The position numbers and the translations under genes are program-made. The notes below the pieces were generated by a model. That model did not search any database and was not told the origin of the DNA. It saw only the letters and a list, made by a program, of their open reading frames with translations. Below, piece after piece: positions 51,561 to 64,000 of a stretch of DNA of 64,000 bases (its first letter is position 1; each line of letters begins with the position of its first letter). Source of the DNA: Octopus sinensis (Eukaryota); contig NC_042997.1 of NCBI RefSeq assembly GCF_006345805.1, forward strand, positions 164,796,001 to 164,860,000, in the 5' to 3' direction.

Positions 51561-51878
51561 GGTCAAAGATCAAAAATGCAGGAAAATGTGGAAAGCATGA
51601 AATGAATGTAAAAAAAGTGGTAATATAAGAGAAGATAAAAATACAACAAACGGGACAGTTTATGCGAACAAGTTCAAGGTGAGAAAAGGACATCATTGCA
51701 GTGAATGGCAAAACACACTGCAATATGGATAACAGATCATCATGGATGTTGCGGAATGGTTTAAGCCATTCAGTTACTTTTTATACATATTTTTATTTTA
51801 CATCATTCCTTTTGTGAATACTAACGTCGTTTGTTTTAGGTTGATGTCAGGCAAGCAGTTTCTTATAAATAGATAGAC

Positions 51879-52120
51879 CAGTGATTCTCAACCATCTTTT
51901 GCCAATGGACTCCTTTCATTCTCATTTTATTCGGATGCCCGCACACACCCCTTGGCCATTTTATGCTTAAATAGATCCTTTAACATTTTTAGAATGAGAT
52001 ATTAGGAATTATATTAAAAAAAGTTGTCAATATATTTTGTGTATTGTAAAAAGTATATGCAATGCATTGCAGAATCTTAACAAAAAAAAGTTTTCTATGG
52101 ATTCTGGTTGAGAACCACTG
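51879..52120. mobile_element. hAT-type MITE (242 bp)
   Basis: 15-bp TIR cagtgattctcaacc / ggttgagaaccactg (1 mismatch); flanking 8-mers agatagac / agataacg partly match as a decayed TSD. Confidence 0.8.
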
Positions 52121-54819
52121 AGATAACGGATTGACAAATGGATAAACAAATAGGCAGACAGACAGATAGATCGACAGACAGAAAGATAAATACGCACTCA
52201 CACGCCACTCCAACACATACTCCGATCAGGTGATTGTAACTCAAATAGGAAAGAACTTAATGCTAAAAACAGAGTAGGGGTACTTAGTTTTTATTCTCAT
52301 CAAACAACGTGGCCAGATGATACGACTTTCGTCTGTTCAGTATATATATATATATATACTAGCGCTAACGTTTGTGTCTGTGGTTCAGATTTTCTTCGTA
52401 CCCACACGTTTCGCGTTCGGGAACACGTGTCTTTTACCATAGACTCCAGATCATGTATGCCTACGTGTATGTGTGTATGTGTGGGGGGTGTGTGAAGTGT
52501 GGGGTGTAGGAAAACAGATTAGATGATGCTTCGAACTAAAATACCGTGACGGAAGTACTGGCAGTACACAGAGAAACTTGACACGTGATTCGGCGGTTCG
52601 TAATATTGATTCCAGCTCCTGATTAATGTCGAGTAAAAAAAAAAAAAAATTGAAGCCTGTTCCTTCTGTCTCCCGCTCTCTCCTCTCTCTCTCTCTTCCT
52701 CTTTCTCTCTATCTATCTCTCTCTCACACACACACACATGGTACAGATTAAAAAGAGAATCATTAAAAGTGTAGCAAAATGATGAAAAATATTTACCAAG
52801 TTTGAAATTTGATACTAGCCTGGACCAACAATGTGACACCGGGCTGTTTCCATCTATTGGGTCATGACATTTTAGTGCAAACTGTCTCTACGTGGTCAGT
52901 TGACATGCTAAAAATAACAGCTAGAATTCCCACTCATATTAAACATGCTCGTCTTACTAAATTAAAGTATTTGATAATATAGGCATAGGTAAGTGTATGC
53001 AAAAAAAAAAAAATAATAATAATAAATAGAGGCGATGGAGAAATCAATGTTGTTATTCATCGAAAAGGTCAATCAGGGTTGATATGGGAGTTAATAAACA
53101 GTAATATAATATGGCCCTCTAAAGATTATGACTTAATAACATGTTTTCGCTAATTGTTTACTTGCCTAGGTAATCACCAGCAGACACCTCTTGGCCAGCC
53201 CACGGGAGGAACATGGAACGAGTGACTGCTAGAGGGAAGGATTATTGCGTAGGCTGGGAATAATTTTCAGCTGAGCAGACAGGAGCAACGTCAAATGAAG
53301 TGCCACTCAATCCAGGAATTGAACCCATGAACATGTGATTCTGAGCCCAACACCTTATCCGCCAAACCAGGCGCCTTCACACACTCGCACACACACCGAC
53401 ATCACTCCGCACTGTATGTATGTACGCGTGTGTGTGTGTATGGATGGATGCATGTGTGTGTTAATAATTTTATAAGACAAACTGCGTGATTGAGAAATTA
53501 GCTTCGCACTCATATAGTTCACAGGCACCCTCATCGTGTATCACCTTGGAGACTTTGACCGTTACAATATTCTTCATTTGATCTTTACCGTGGAGTGGAA
53601 TTTGATATACATCGAACAACTACTGTAAAGGCACTTCATTAACTTTTTATCTTCAATTGTAGCTGCTGATGTTGCTTAACCCCAGGTTAATCATGGCTTC
53701 GAAGTTCTACGATAAAATGTATTCCAGTCATGACTATCCCATCTTTTTAGAAGAATGTCCAAGAATGCCTTATCCAACGTGGTCTTCGATATGGTTGAAG
53801 GGTGATTTGGCTGCTATCTCTAGCAAGGGGAAACGACCATGTTAATGCCCTCTTGTTGGCTCTTACTTAAGATGTTAATAGTGAAGTGATTAATCAGTTC
53901 CCTCCACTATCTTTATTCCCTCCACCCCCACTCAGCGTATCGTTGATTGTAGTTTCATCGACCCCTGTCAGACGAAAGATTAAACTGACCGACACACGAC
54001 TTACTGTTATTTACGATAAAGCACCCACGCTAGAGTCCCGGATTTAGCTTAGCTATATTTACCTCTTATTTCCTTTGAAAACTGTCCACTTCGATTTCAT
54101 TCCTAAATTCCATGGAAACTGAGCTGCAAGGACACTTAATATACCCTATCCTCCGTGTATTAACGCCATTGATGAATTCGTAAGCCACCGCGTATTAACT
54201 CCATTTATGAATTATTAAGTGATCTAAAACGGCACAGAAAGTTTGCACAAGATAAACTATCAGTAATTTTGTCGAAATGTCATAAAGGCTGTTGAAACGA
54301 AATAAATATTTGTTGAAACTTAATATGCAAATTTGATTTTAATCCTTGTTGTGATCATTTGATTTAACATGATATCCTTTAGGTCAAACGGATTTACGCT
54401 ATGTTCAAATGCTGAATGTTTTTGAAACGGTTAAAGCATTACGCAGCTTAATTCATTCATATAGAACACAATTGTTAATACACACTCTTTTTATTTTCTT
54501 CCTCTGACCTGCTTCATTCTTTTCGTTGAAGTGATAAAGGTGATCCTGTTGATTTCGGAGAAGGCTACTTCTAGTTTTTTTGGTTTTTTTTTAACTGGCT
54601 TCAGTAATTAGACAGCGACCACGCTGTCAGAGGATTATTTCATAATATCTACATCCTCGCATATTTTAACCCAGTGTGTGTTTTACTGTTTTGTTTTGTG
54701 TCGAACCTCTAGTTAATGGGAAATGAAAGAATACATCATAAGCCCGCTAAACCCGGCTAAAATAACCACACAAACACACACATAAAGAGAATCTACACAC
54801 ATTCTGTTAATTATATTCT

Positions 54820-54972
54820 TATTTCTTTATTGCCTACAAGGGGACAAACAAGGACAGACAAAGGGATTAAGTCGATTAGATCGACCCCAGTGTATAACTG
54901 GTACTTAATTTATCGACCCCAAAAGGATGAAAGGCAAAGTCGACCTCGGCAGAATTTGAACACAGAACGTTA
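54820..54972 (-). mobile_element. SINE family A (5'-truncated), followed by a family B head fragment at about 54980-55110
   Basis: tttctttattgcctacaagggg...gaaaggcaaagtcgacctcggcagaatttgaac. Confidence 0.85.
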
Positions 54973-55484
54973 ACTATATTCTACTCACAAGGCATTGGAC
55001 AACCCAAACCTCTGTTAAAAGACACTTGACGAAGGTGCTCCAACAGGGAATTGACTCCAGAGCTGCGTTGATGAGAGGCGATCTTCTTAACCGCACGGCT
55101 ATATCTGTTCCTCACTGCTCTAAGTTTATATGTAAACTAGAATTCAGTTTGGAAGTTAACGAACCAGTTGTTAATTTTTACAAAGCTACAGTTGCCTGCA
55201 GCTGTCAGCCATAATTATTTTGGTCATGTGATCATACCGTAGCGAGTCATGTGATAGAGATTCCAGTTTCTCAGTATCTGGTATGCGATCGGCTTTCTCT
55301 AGCTTCAATGCTCTTTGAGTTTGCTACTACTCTCTTACTTTTATTATGGTATTTATTCCACCGCTTTCAATTATTCGAGAAACTAAAATCTAATTTTCAG
55401 CTTTTCACGTTCACCAAATTTTGCACAAATTAAAAAAAAATTCATCAACCAAGAAACAAAAATAAAATAAACATGTTTAAAAAA

Positions 55485-55915
55485 CAGGCACAAGTGCAGT
55501 AGTATGGTTAAAGAAACTCTCTTTACAGTCACGCTGTTTTCGGCTCAGTCTCACTGCGTGGCACATTGAGCAAATAACTTTTACTACAGCTCCGGGCCGA
55601 CCAATACCTTGCGAGTAAGTTTGGTAGACGGAAACTGTACGGAAGCTCATCGTATGTATGCGTGAGTATATATTTTTGAGACAATGTTTGTCAGCCTGAC
55701 CACCGCTTGACAACCGGTATTGGCTTGTTTACCTTCTCTTAACATAGCGGTTCGCCGTAAGGGACCTATATGATAAGTACCAGAGTTAAAATAAATAAAT
55801 AAATAAAACAAATCACAAGTATTCGGATCGATTTGACCGACAAAACCCGTCAAGGTGGTGCCCCAGCATGGTCGCAGTCTAGTGATTGAAACAAGTAACA
55901 AGTAAAAGATAAATA
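55485..55915 (+). mobile_element. SINE family B
   Basis: ttggtagacggaaactg...cgcttgacaaccgg...ggtggtgccccagcatggtcgcagtc...gaaacaagta. Confidence 0.85.
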
Positions 55916-56221
55916 AGAAAATAATGAAAACAAAAATGATAAGTAATTTAATCTATCAACCGTCGCCTGGTTTAACATCATTCCCTAAACTTCGGATGTA
56001 TTTAGCGAAGTTTACTCTGTTACAAACATTTGGACAGGTCTCTGCTCTGTGGATAGCTTTTCTCTTTTTCTCTCACCTATCTTGGAAGGCTTGGAAACCC
56101 TAGAAAGAGTTGTTTCCCCACCATTTAGATAAAATTTCGGTTCAAGCGGTGGTTGTTCTAGGGTTAGTGAAAAGGCGATATCTAAATCAGCGCCCCAGGA
56201 AGATAGAATAAAGTAAAACAA

Positions 56222-56600
56222 ATAGGTGCAGGCATGGCTATGTGATTAAGAATATTGCTTTGCAACCACGTGGTTACGGCTTCAGTCCCACTATGCGGCA
56301 TTTTGGGCAAGTGTCTTCTACTATAGCTCCGGCCCCACCAATGCTTTGTAAGTGAATTTGGTAGATGGAAACTTTGTGGAAATCCGCCATATGTATATGC
56401 ATGTGTTTGTCTCCTACCATTCCTTGGCAACTAGTTGGTTTGTTTACGTTACCGTAACTGAGCGGTTCAGCGAGAGACCGACAGAATAAGTAACAACTTT
56501 ATAAATAAGTACCGGGGGTCGATTTTTTCGACTAAACCCGGTCAAGGCGGTAACCCGGCATAACCTAAGTCAAATGACTGAAACAAGTAAAAGATAACTG
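56222..56600 (+). mobile_element. SINE family B
   Basis: gcaggcatggctatgtgattaag...gggcaagtgtcttctactatagctcc...caaatgactgaaacaagtaaaag. Confidence 0.85.
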
Positions 56601-56602
56601 AT

Positions 56603-56914
56603 ACTCCGTCGGTTAGAACGACGAGGGTTCCAGTTGATCTGATCAACCGAACAACCTGCTCGTGAAATTAACGTGCAATTGGTTCAGCACTCCACAGACA
56701 CGCGTACCCTTACCGTAGTTCTCAGGGAGATTCAGCGCGAGACAATGTGACAAAGCTGGCACCCTGAAATAAAGGTACAACACATTTTTGCTAGCTGAAT
56801 GGACTGGAGCAACGTGAAATAAAGTGCCTTGCTCAAGGACACAGAACGCTGCCGGGAATCGAACACACGATCTCACGATCGTGAGCCGAATACTTTAACC
56901 ATTAAGCTACGCGC
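56603..56914 (-). mobile_element. SINE family C variant
   Basis: cctgctcgtgaaattaacgtgcaa...ggactggagcaacgtgaaataaagtgccttgctcaaggacac...gggaatcgaac...aaccattaagctacgcgc. Confidence 0.85.
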
Positions 56915-57568
56915 TTGGGACATTGCACAGCTTCAGTTACACATCAGCCGAATTACTCTAACTAGCAGACAATAAAACATGATATTTTGTCAAACTTTAC
57001 TTAAAGCTCTTGTGAAACCAATACATGACGTGAAGCAATAATTAGATTGTTGATCAATACTTGCACGGCACCGGCCGTAGACATTGTTTGCCGTTTCTAT
57101 AGCGATAACCTGATGGTACTTCGTTTTCGAACAAACCCTCACGACGCTTGTGTGTTTCACTAAAAGCTAAAATATTTAATTTTCCCTTAAGCTTGATTGT
57201 CAGTCAATAAAAAAAGGGGAATATGCAGATATGCTATTATAAATTCAATACTTCACCGAAATACGTGTAAAAAGAAAAATAAATTAATAAACGTTCTCTT
57301 TCTTTGTTTGTGATTAATTTTTTGTTTTTGTGTTGTTGATGACGATCATAATGATGTTGCCCGGTCACGTAGGACTTAGCGAAATTGAGGCACTGAGGTT
57401 AGTGAAATGTCAAAACGACCTAATTCTGTTTACATGATCATGTTTATTTGTCATGAGATGTGAGTTTAGACGTGTCTCCGTATAATGTTTCAAAGCTTTA
57501 GACCAGAGTGTGCAGTGACTCCTTGTTTATGTTTACACCCACACACACACACACACATACACACACGC

Positions 57569-57639
<71 letters not shown>

Positions 57640-58104
57640 GGAGATAGGGAGGGAGGAGAGAGACAGAAAGGGAGAGAAGGAGAGAGGAGCGAGAGAGAAT
57701 AGAGAACGTTCATGGCCAAGTTGATAGGACACTGGATAATCAATCAGGAAGTTGACAGTTCGTTTCCTGTCAGAAGCAGTGCGTTGTGACTGTTGTTACC
57801 AATATACCTAATTCTACTCAACGGTTAACAAAAACAAAGAACGGGTACAACTCGATAATGTAAGCAGCGGGATCAGTGTATAAATTGATTGACGAGTGTT
57901 TTGTCAGCTCACCGGGCCGAATTCAATTCCAGCTTAGAGAAAGGTTTACGAGATCACACGAAGAGAATCTCTACAGCCGAAACTAGAAGTTTGGAACATA
58001 GATCTGAAAGTTAGAATTTTTATGTTAAATGCCCAAATTTATATTCAATTTGCAATATATTATTACTTGACCGAAAGTTTGGGACATAGGTCTGAAAATT
58101 AGAA

Positions 58105-58534
58105 TCTCTATATCTATAAACGGCAAAACGTCCGTGTATCTGTGTGTCCTTTATACAAATCCAGTTTTTCACGTAAAAGACTCGCATTTTCTATGGGCTT
58201 TCAAAATTGTCTGAGGGTGGTCGTGAAGATCTTTTCATTCCCCCAGTCACCCCAGAAAGCCATTAAAAAATCGATAAACCGACCCCTTATGCGCAACAGT
58301 TGAATGCGCGTGCGATTTTTGCAGACAGTCTGTATGACTCAGCGCCTTTTTGTGTTTTGCGAAGACGCGTCATCATGTGTTTTGGTTTTCAAACGTGCAC
58401 GCTTTTTTGATTTGAGAAATGCAGGGAATAATTAACGGGTTAGACCAAGTGAATGACAAGAGAGCGAGATTTTCATGAAAGAACAAATATGCTTGACTAG
58501 CACTAGACCCGGCAACACCGGGTCATAGTGCTAG
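58105..58534 (+). mobile_element. Non-autonomous Helitron-like element (430 bp)
   Basis: A|TCTCTATATCTATAAA 5' end; 3' hairpin gacccgg-caaca-ccgggtc (58506-58524) followed by CTAG|T (58531-58535); A-T target site with no TSD. Confidence 0.78.
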
Positions 58535-59134
58535 TTTTTATATAAAATGCCTAAATATATACGTTGTATATATCTGAATTGAATTGTACTTGAGCATAGC
58601 AATTTTAATTTTAAAACGAATGTTCCAAACTTTCGGCCACGTCTGTACGGGTTGATTCTATGGTTAGCTTAGTTTTGGGACTCGCCACCAATGGATTGAT
58701 GACAATACTGATGTCGTTTATGTTGATCCGCATTTTTTATTTATTTATGCGATGGTGGTGGATGAGTAAATATGAAGTTTCTTGCTCAGGATCATTGTTC
58801 AAGATTACTAGCAACCTGTGGGATTAGAACTAGCTACAATGAGGAGACGAAAGTGAAAGTGAGGCGAGTGACACTGAGGAAATGCAGGAAACAAAATTTA
58901 AAAACAAATACGAAAAACATGCCAGGATGTTGGAATTGCGGTATACAGATAGATTATATAGAAGGATATTCTATGAAAATAAGTAGATAGATAATCAGAT
59001 AGGCTAAAGTGATAAAAGAATATGTGTTTGTACAATATATAGCGGGTTGAATTAGCCAAAACTGAAAACACATACACACAAAGATTGCCTGTAAGTCATA
59101 CCTAACTTAATTAGTCAATATTTGATATTAATAT

Positions 59135-59360
59135 TTTTACTACTCACAAGGGGCTAAACACAGAGGGGACAAACAAAGACAGACAAAGGGTTTAAGTCGA
59201 TTACATCGACCCCAGTGCGTAACTGGTACTTAATTTATCGACCCCGAAAGGATGAAAGGCAAAGTCAACCTCGGCGGAATTTGAACTCAGAACGTAACAG
59301 CACACGAAATACGGCTACGCATTTCGCCCGGCGTGCTAACGTTTCTGCCAGCTCGCCGCC
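59135..59360 (-). mobile_element. SINE family A, young full-length copy with a 21-bp TSD
   Basis: TSD attagtcaatatttgatatta (59110-59130) / attagtcgatatttgatatta (59361-59381). Confidence 0.93.
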
Positions 59361-59389
59361 ATTAGTCGATATTTGATATTATATTCAAC

Positions 59390-59600
59390 AGGTAACGAGC
59401 TGGTAGAACCATTAGCATGATGGGCAAAATACTTGGTGGTGTGTCGTCCAACTTAATCTTCTGTGTTCAAATGCCAACGGCGTCGATACGTTATGTGTTC
59501 ATCTCTTTGGCAGTCGATAAAATAAGTACCAGTTAGTCACTGGGGTTGATATAATTGACTGACCCCCTTCCCCCGAAATTACTGGCCTTGTGTTATAATT
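59390..59600 (+). mobile_element. SINE family A (older, sense orientation), head-to-head with the previous copy
   Basis: gagctggtagaaccattagc...tgtgttcaaatgcc...gtcgataaaataagtaccagtt...cactggggttgatataattgac...ggccttgtg. Confidence 0.8.
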
Positions 59601-60337
59601 TGAAACCAATATTATATTCAAAATTGTTCTTATCTTTAAAAAATTTTTAAACAATTAAAAAATAACAGCATGTACTTTTGAAAAGCAGCGTAGTTCTTGC
59701 AGTTTAATCTGGCAATTGCTTGCGTGTGTGTGTGTATATGTATGTATGTTTGTTGTGCGTATATATTTAGATATTCAGATAAATAATATAAGATATATAA
59801 ATAGAAAACTGAAGAGATGGATCGAATGATAGGTAGATGGGTAGATTAATCGGCTGAGTGGTAAAATTAAGAATGGGAATTGGGGAAAGAAATATATTTG
59901 TATAAAAAGAACAGATACTCGTTAGCAACTTTTGCAGACAATCGCAACACATGATAGAAATGGCGCCGAGAAATTCAAGACACACACACACACACTCGTC
60001 TCTCCCCCTCTCTATCACTGTCTCTAGTGGAAAGTGGTCATTATGAAATATATTTCTGAGAAACTTAAGGATATGAGCTAATAGTCATGTGATGACCATA
60101 ATGTATGTCTCCGTCTGGGAGACAGAAAGCGCCAAAGCCCTTCGCAAAGCTCAATGAAATTGTTGAGATCAAACACGGTTGATTTCGTTTTAAAGATCAG
60201 TAGGTTGAGAAAGGATTGTAAGAATTAGTGCAAGGTTTAGGGAATAATAAACAGTAGGGTAACTGGACGGAGAGAAAAAGGCTTGGAAAAAGAGATATGT
60301 AACTATCTCCTTGAAGTAAGCGTAGGCTGTTGTAGTC

Positions 60338-60409
<72 letters not shown>

Positions 60410-60450
60410 GACAGAGAGAGAGAGGGAGGGAGAAAGAAATAGAGAGAGAT
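60338..60450. repeat. (GA)n microsatellite
   Basis: Directly visible. Confidence 0.92.
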
Positions 60451-60809
60451 AGAGTTTAGAGAAGAGGGCAGGGGTAGACAGGATGTCTGAGGACAAGAAG
60501 CTGCAGCGTGTCTCCGAGAAAGTCTTTGCTGATTATTCGGATTTTCATCTTTGCGTTGTGTAAGGGTATTTGCATATGCAGCAGCAACAACAGCGTCCTC
60601 ATGTTTGAAGAAGCAGCAATCCATTGCGGATGATACTTAAGCTTCGGAGAAAGTCAGCAGTTAATTAAAACTGAAGTATTTAACTAATTCTCTCAATGCA
60701 CAAGTCCATTCATTCCATGCTCTGCATAAAACATTATCGCAATTTAAGACCATTAACATAGGAAACATTAAATTCCTATGACCGCCAGTGTATATATGTG
60801 TGTGTGTGT

Positions 60810-60842
<33 letters not shown>

Positions 60843-61507
60843 GTGTGCATGGTGTGAGTGTGTGTGAGTGCGCACGCTCATACGTATTACATTTTAAGGG
60901 CATCTACTTTTACATCTGTAAGATGAGGAGAGAGAGAGAGTGAAAATAGGAGTGTAGAAAGTGAGAAAAAATGTGATATATCTATTTGTGAATATATATA
61001 TAGATATCTACATAACTATGCATGTTTATACACGCCTGTGTGTGTGTATATATGTATCTGTAAATATGTACGTGTGTTTGTATACAGACACACATATGTA
61101 TATAAATAAATGCTGGGCACGACTTTTAACTGCATTTGGCAGTGGGGATCTGGTTCGAGAATTCCAGGATTTTAAGGAATGTGGAGCCATCTCTAAGCCA
61201 TTAGAGTAGTAGCACCTGTTAATGTCCCAGCTATAGGTTAACTACCTATGGGAGTGAAGGACTCCTAGTTTACGTTAGAACTTCCTTTAGGAGAAAATAA
61301 ACTTGTATTAAAAACCTAAAGTGCAGTTGGTTTCTGGTCGTCTCAACCTCTGTTTTAGAGCTGATTGCACCGAGAAGTGGATTTCATGCTGTGCAACACT
61401 TCATCCACGCGAAACAAATTCACGCACAGGAATTTCTTCGATTCTCGAAACTTTGTATGGACTTACTGGAGTTAAGAAGTGTTCTTCTTACTCGGTCACG
61501 AGTTGAC

Positions 61508-61512
<5 letters not shown>

Positions 61513-61571
<59 letters not shown>
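61513..61571. repeat. (CA)n microsatellite
   Basis: Directly visible. Confidence 0.95.
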
Positions 61572-61573
<2 letters not shown>

Positions 61574-62154
61574 ATGTATGCTATTATTCAGTTTTATTTC
61601 AAGATTTCTTGCCAATAGTGAAAGAGCCGGTTTCTAATCTAGATGCAAGACCCCTTCATTGGAATGTCAACATCAACAATATTTTTGTTTGTATGGATGT
61701 ATGCAGATTTGTATGCTTTGTTTTATGTATGTCTTTTTTCTTGCATACCTAGACGTGCTCATATATACTTGATAAACCTCTGGGGAGTTTTACAGATGTT
61801 TACAGTTCCAGTGATGGCGTGAATCTGTCTGACTGTCTATATGTACGTACGAATGTATGTATGTGCAAACTACATAATTACAAAATTAGGGTATGAAAGA
61901 ATTATTTCGCTCATTGGGAGACTAGTGACCTGGTGTAGAACTCAATACACTTGCGCTTCAGAACGAAGCGTTGGCCAAGAACAGAGCGGTAATGAGAAAA
62001 TAAGATGATAAATAAATTGCACTTCATATTCAAGGCTCCGATGAAGCTATAAGATGTTAATAAGGCACTCAACAATGAGTCCACTGCTTCTTATAGCAGA
62101 AACAACTGTGAGTTAATGAAGTTTATAAGGTAATCGTTTATTCCTTTGTCATCT

Positions 62155-62213
<59 letters not shown>

Positions 62214-62216
62214 ATA

Positions 62217-62483
62217 TTCTTGGTGAAGGCTTGTTTATGGGGTTACCCTGGGTTTCCCGTCCATAGAGGGTTTAACTTTGTGGCGTATCGTCACACCCAA
62301 AGACCTGTTGGCCTAAGACCTCTTTAAAATATGGAGGGGAAAAGTTTTGGTAGAAAGGCAGATGAGCCTTCCCCCCTCCATATTTTTAAAGAGGTCTTAT
62401 GCCAACAGGTCTCGGGGTCTGATGATACGCCACAAAGTTAAAACCTCTATGGACGGGAAACCCAGAGTAACCATCACCAAGAA
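62217..62483. repeat. Long fold-back element (about 100-bp arms, 30-nt loop), MITE-like
   Basis: 62241-62340 versus the reverse complement of 62371-62472: about 7 mismatches plus 1 indel; outer ttcttggtga/tcaccaagaa also pair. Confidence 0.9.
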
Positions 62484-62570
62484 AAAATCAGACTGCTCTA
62501 CTTTTTAGAGTGTGCTTCTTCTCCGGATTTATGTTTTTCTAAAAACTCTGTGTGTGTATGTATATATATA

Positions 62571-62637
<67 letters not shown>

Positions 62638-63201
62638 CGTTTTTGTATCTGGTTTGCAAGATTCTTTATGAGAATTCGTGTGTTGGAACAAACTTTGTTG
62701 TGTCTGGGCAGTATAACTCTCCCCAGACACAACAATCTGTGTGTTTGTGTGTTCAGTGTTTGTCATTACTTTCATACTGTTTGAGTCTAGCATTTAGTAT
62801 TTACAGTAGCTGAGGAATAAAAAATGAAGAGGATGGCCAGTCACTACGATATCATACGATATATGGCAGCTCGCCATCATGTCTTTTCGCTTATAGAAAC
62901 TTAGTACGGGATTAAGAACATCTACTAGAGTAGACACACACATATACGCACACACACACAAATAAACATGATTTGTACATTTTATTTTCGTATTTTTACA
63001 AGTTTACAATACTACATATTACAATAATACAAGTACGTTCATGTAATAAGACATGATAGTACCTGCATTATTGTAACATGTAATATTGTAAACTCGCAAC
63101 AATAGAAAAGCACAATGTAAAAACCTATGTTGGAATTTCATTGACTAATATATTTAAACTATACAAAATTTTATAAGCCAAAGGACATTCGCGTGTATAT
63201 G

Positions 63202-63240
<39 letters not shown>

Positions 63241-63334
63241 ATTGCAAACTGCTATTCATATTATTTTTATAATATATATAGCTATATCTATATCTACACA
63301 CACACACACATACACACACATACACATACACACA

Positions 63335-63365
<31 letters not shown>

Positions 63366-64000
63366 TATGTATGCATGTATGTATATATGTTTATATGTAC
63401 AATGCATATATGTATATAGGTGCAATAGTCTTTTTTGTGTATCTGTGACTGAACTGCACAGCAAGCTTTACTATATTTTCTTGTTAGGACGATAAGCTAC
63501 GATTTCAAGAAAATTAAACTATTTCGAACAGCTCATGTGACCACCAAGACGGGCTCACGTTCATTCTTGTAGCTTTTTGCATCGTACCAATGTTTTCCCA
63601 ATTCAAATAACGCTACACTAATTGCCATCCTTCTTGGAGCCGATGCTGATCTTGCATTTAAGGAAAGTAACTTTCCTCCTCCTCCTCCTGCTCTTCTTCC
63701 TCCCCCTCCTCTTCCTCCCCCTTCTTCTTTTTCTCGCTCTCTTTCTCTCTCATTTCTTTCACCCTCACAATTAATTCCCCTCCTCTGCAATTATATTTTC
63801 GGTGTTGATGTTCTTGCACAACGTTGTGTATATATATTCGCAAAACAATTCAGGCGTTAGAATAATTCAGAGTGTTTTTGTGGAAAACAGGAGTGTACAC
63901 ATACCTAAAGACAAGCACATACGGACACATATATCCATACACATACGTAATTGTTCATACCGAAGTATGCTGTATGTATATATGTATGTATGTACTCTCG

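Noticed and set aside
57909-57916. miR-36-like seed TCACCGGG
   Set aside because: No complementary arm to form a pre-miRNA, and the rest does not match the mature sequence as I recall it.
60190-60624. ORF and unique sequence next to (GA)n as a possible first exon or promoter
   Set aside because: The ORF is half microsatellite, other frames are short, and there is no clear splice donor; needs transcript data.
63533-63790. 85-aa ORF with Gly/Glu-Arg runs
   Set aside because: Derived largely from a CT-rich low-complexity tract; the remainder is unrecognised.

Overview
AT-rich eukaryotic (metazoan) non-coding DNA saturated with microsatellites and interspersed repeats. The SINE sequences and the (TA)n/(CA)n/(TATC)n load resemble octopod cephalopod (Octopus-like) genomes, which is my inference and not a database result. 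I found no credible host protein-coding exon, rRNA, genuine tRNA or CRISPR array; most of the supplied ORFs are translations of microsatellites. Supported content: (i) at least four tRNA-derived SINE families (labelled A, B, C, F here) in dozens of copies; (ii) three 5'-truncated CR1/L2-group-like LINE reverse-transcriptase remnants; (iii) a full-length decayed mariner (35686-36935, TA-flanked); (iv) a decayed hATm-like DDE transposon with bipartite inverted repeats (45802-48467); (v) hAT remnants/MITE, a non-autonomous Helitron-like element and several long fold-back elements. The most interesting unannotated signal is a set of seven hammerhead-ribozyme-like motifs in different repeat contexts. 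These include a type I hammerhead with a complete catalytic core at 5153-5221 and, about 300 nt downstream on the same strand, a tRNA-headed SINE carrying a Penelope-type minimal hammerhead. Also notable: a 360-bp templated insertion copied from the mariner flank into a SINE, and a LINE/SINE pair sharing a 3' tail.
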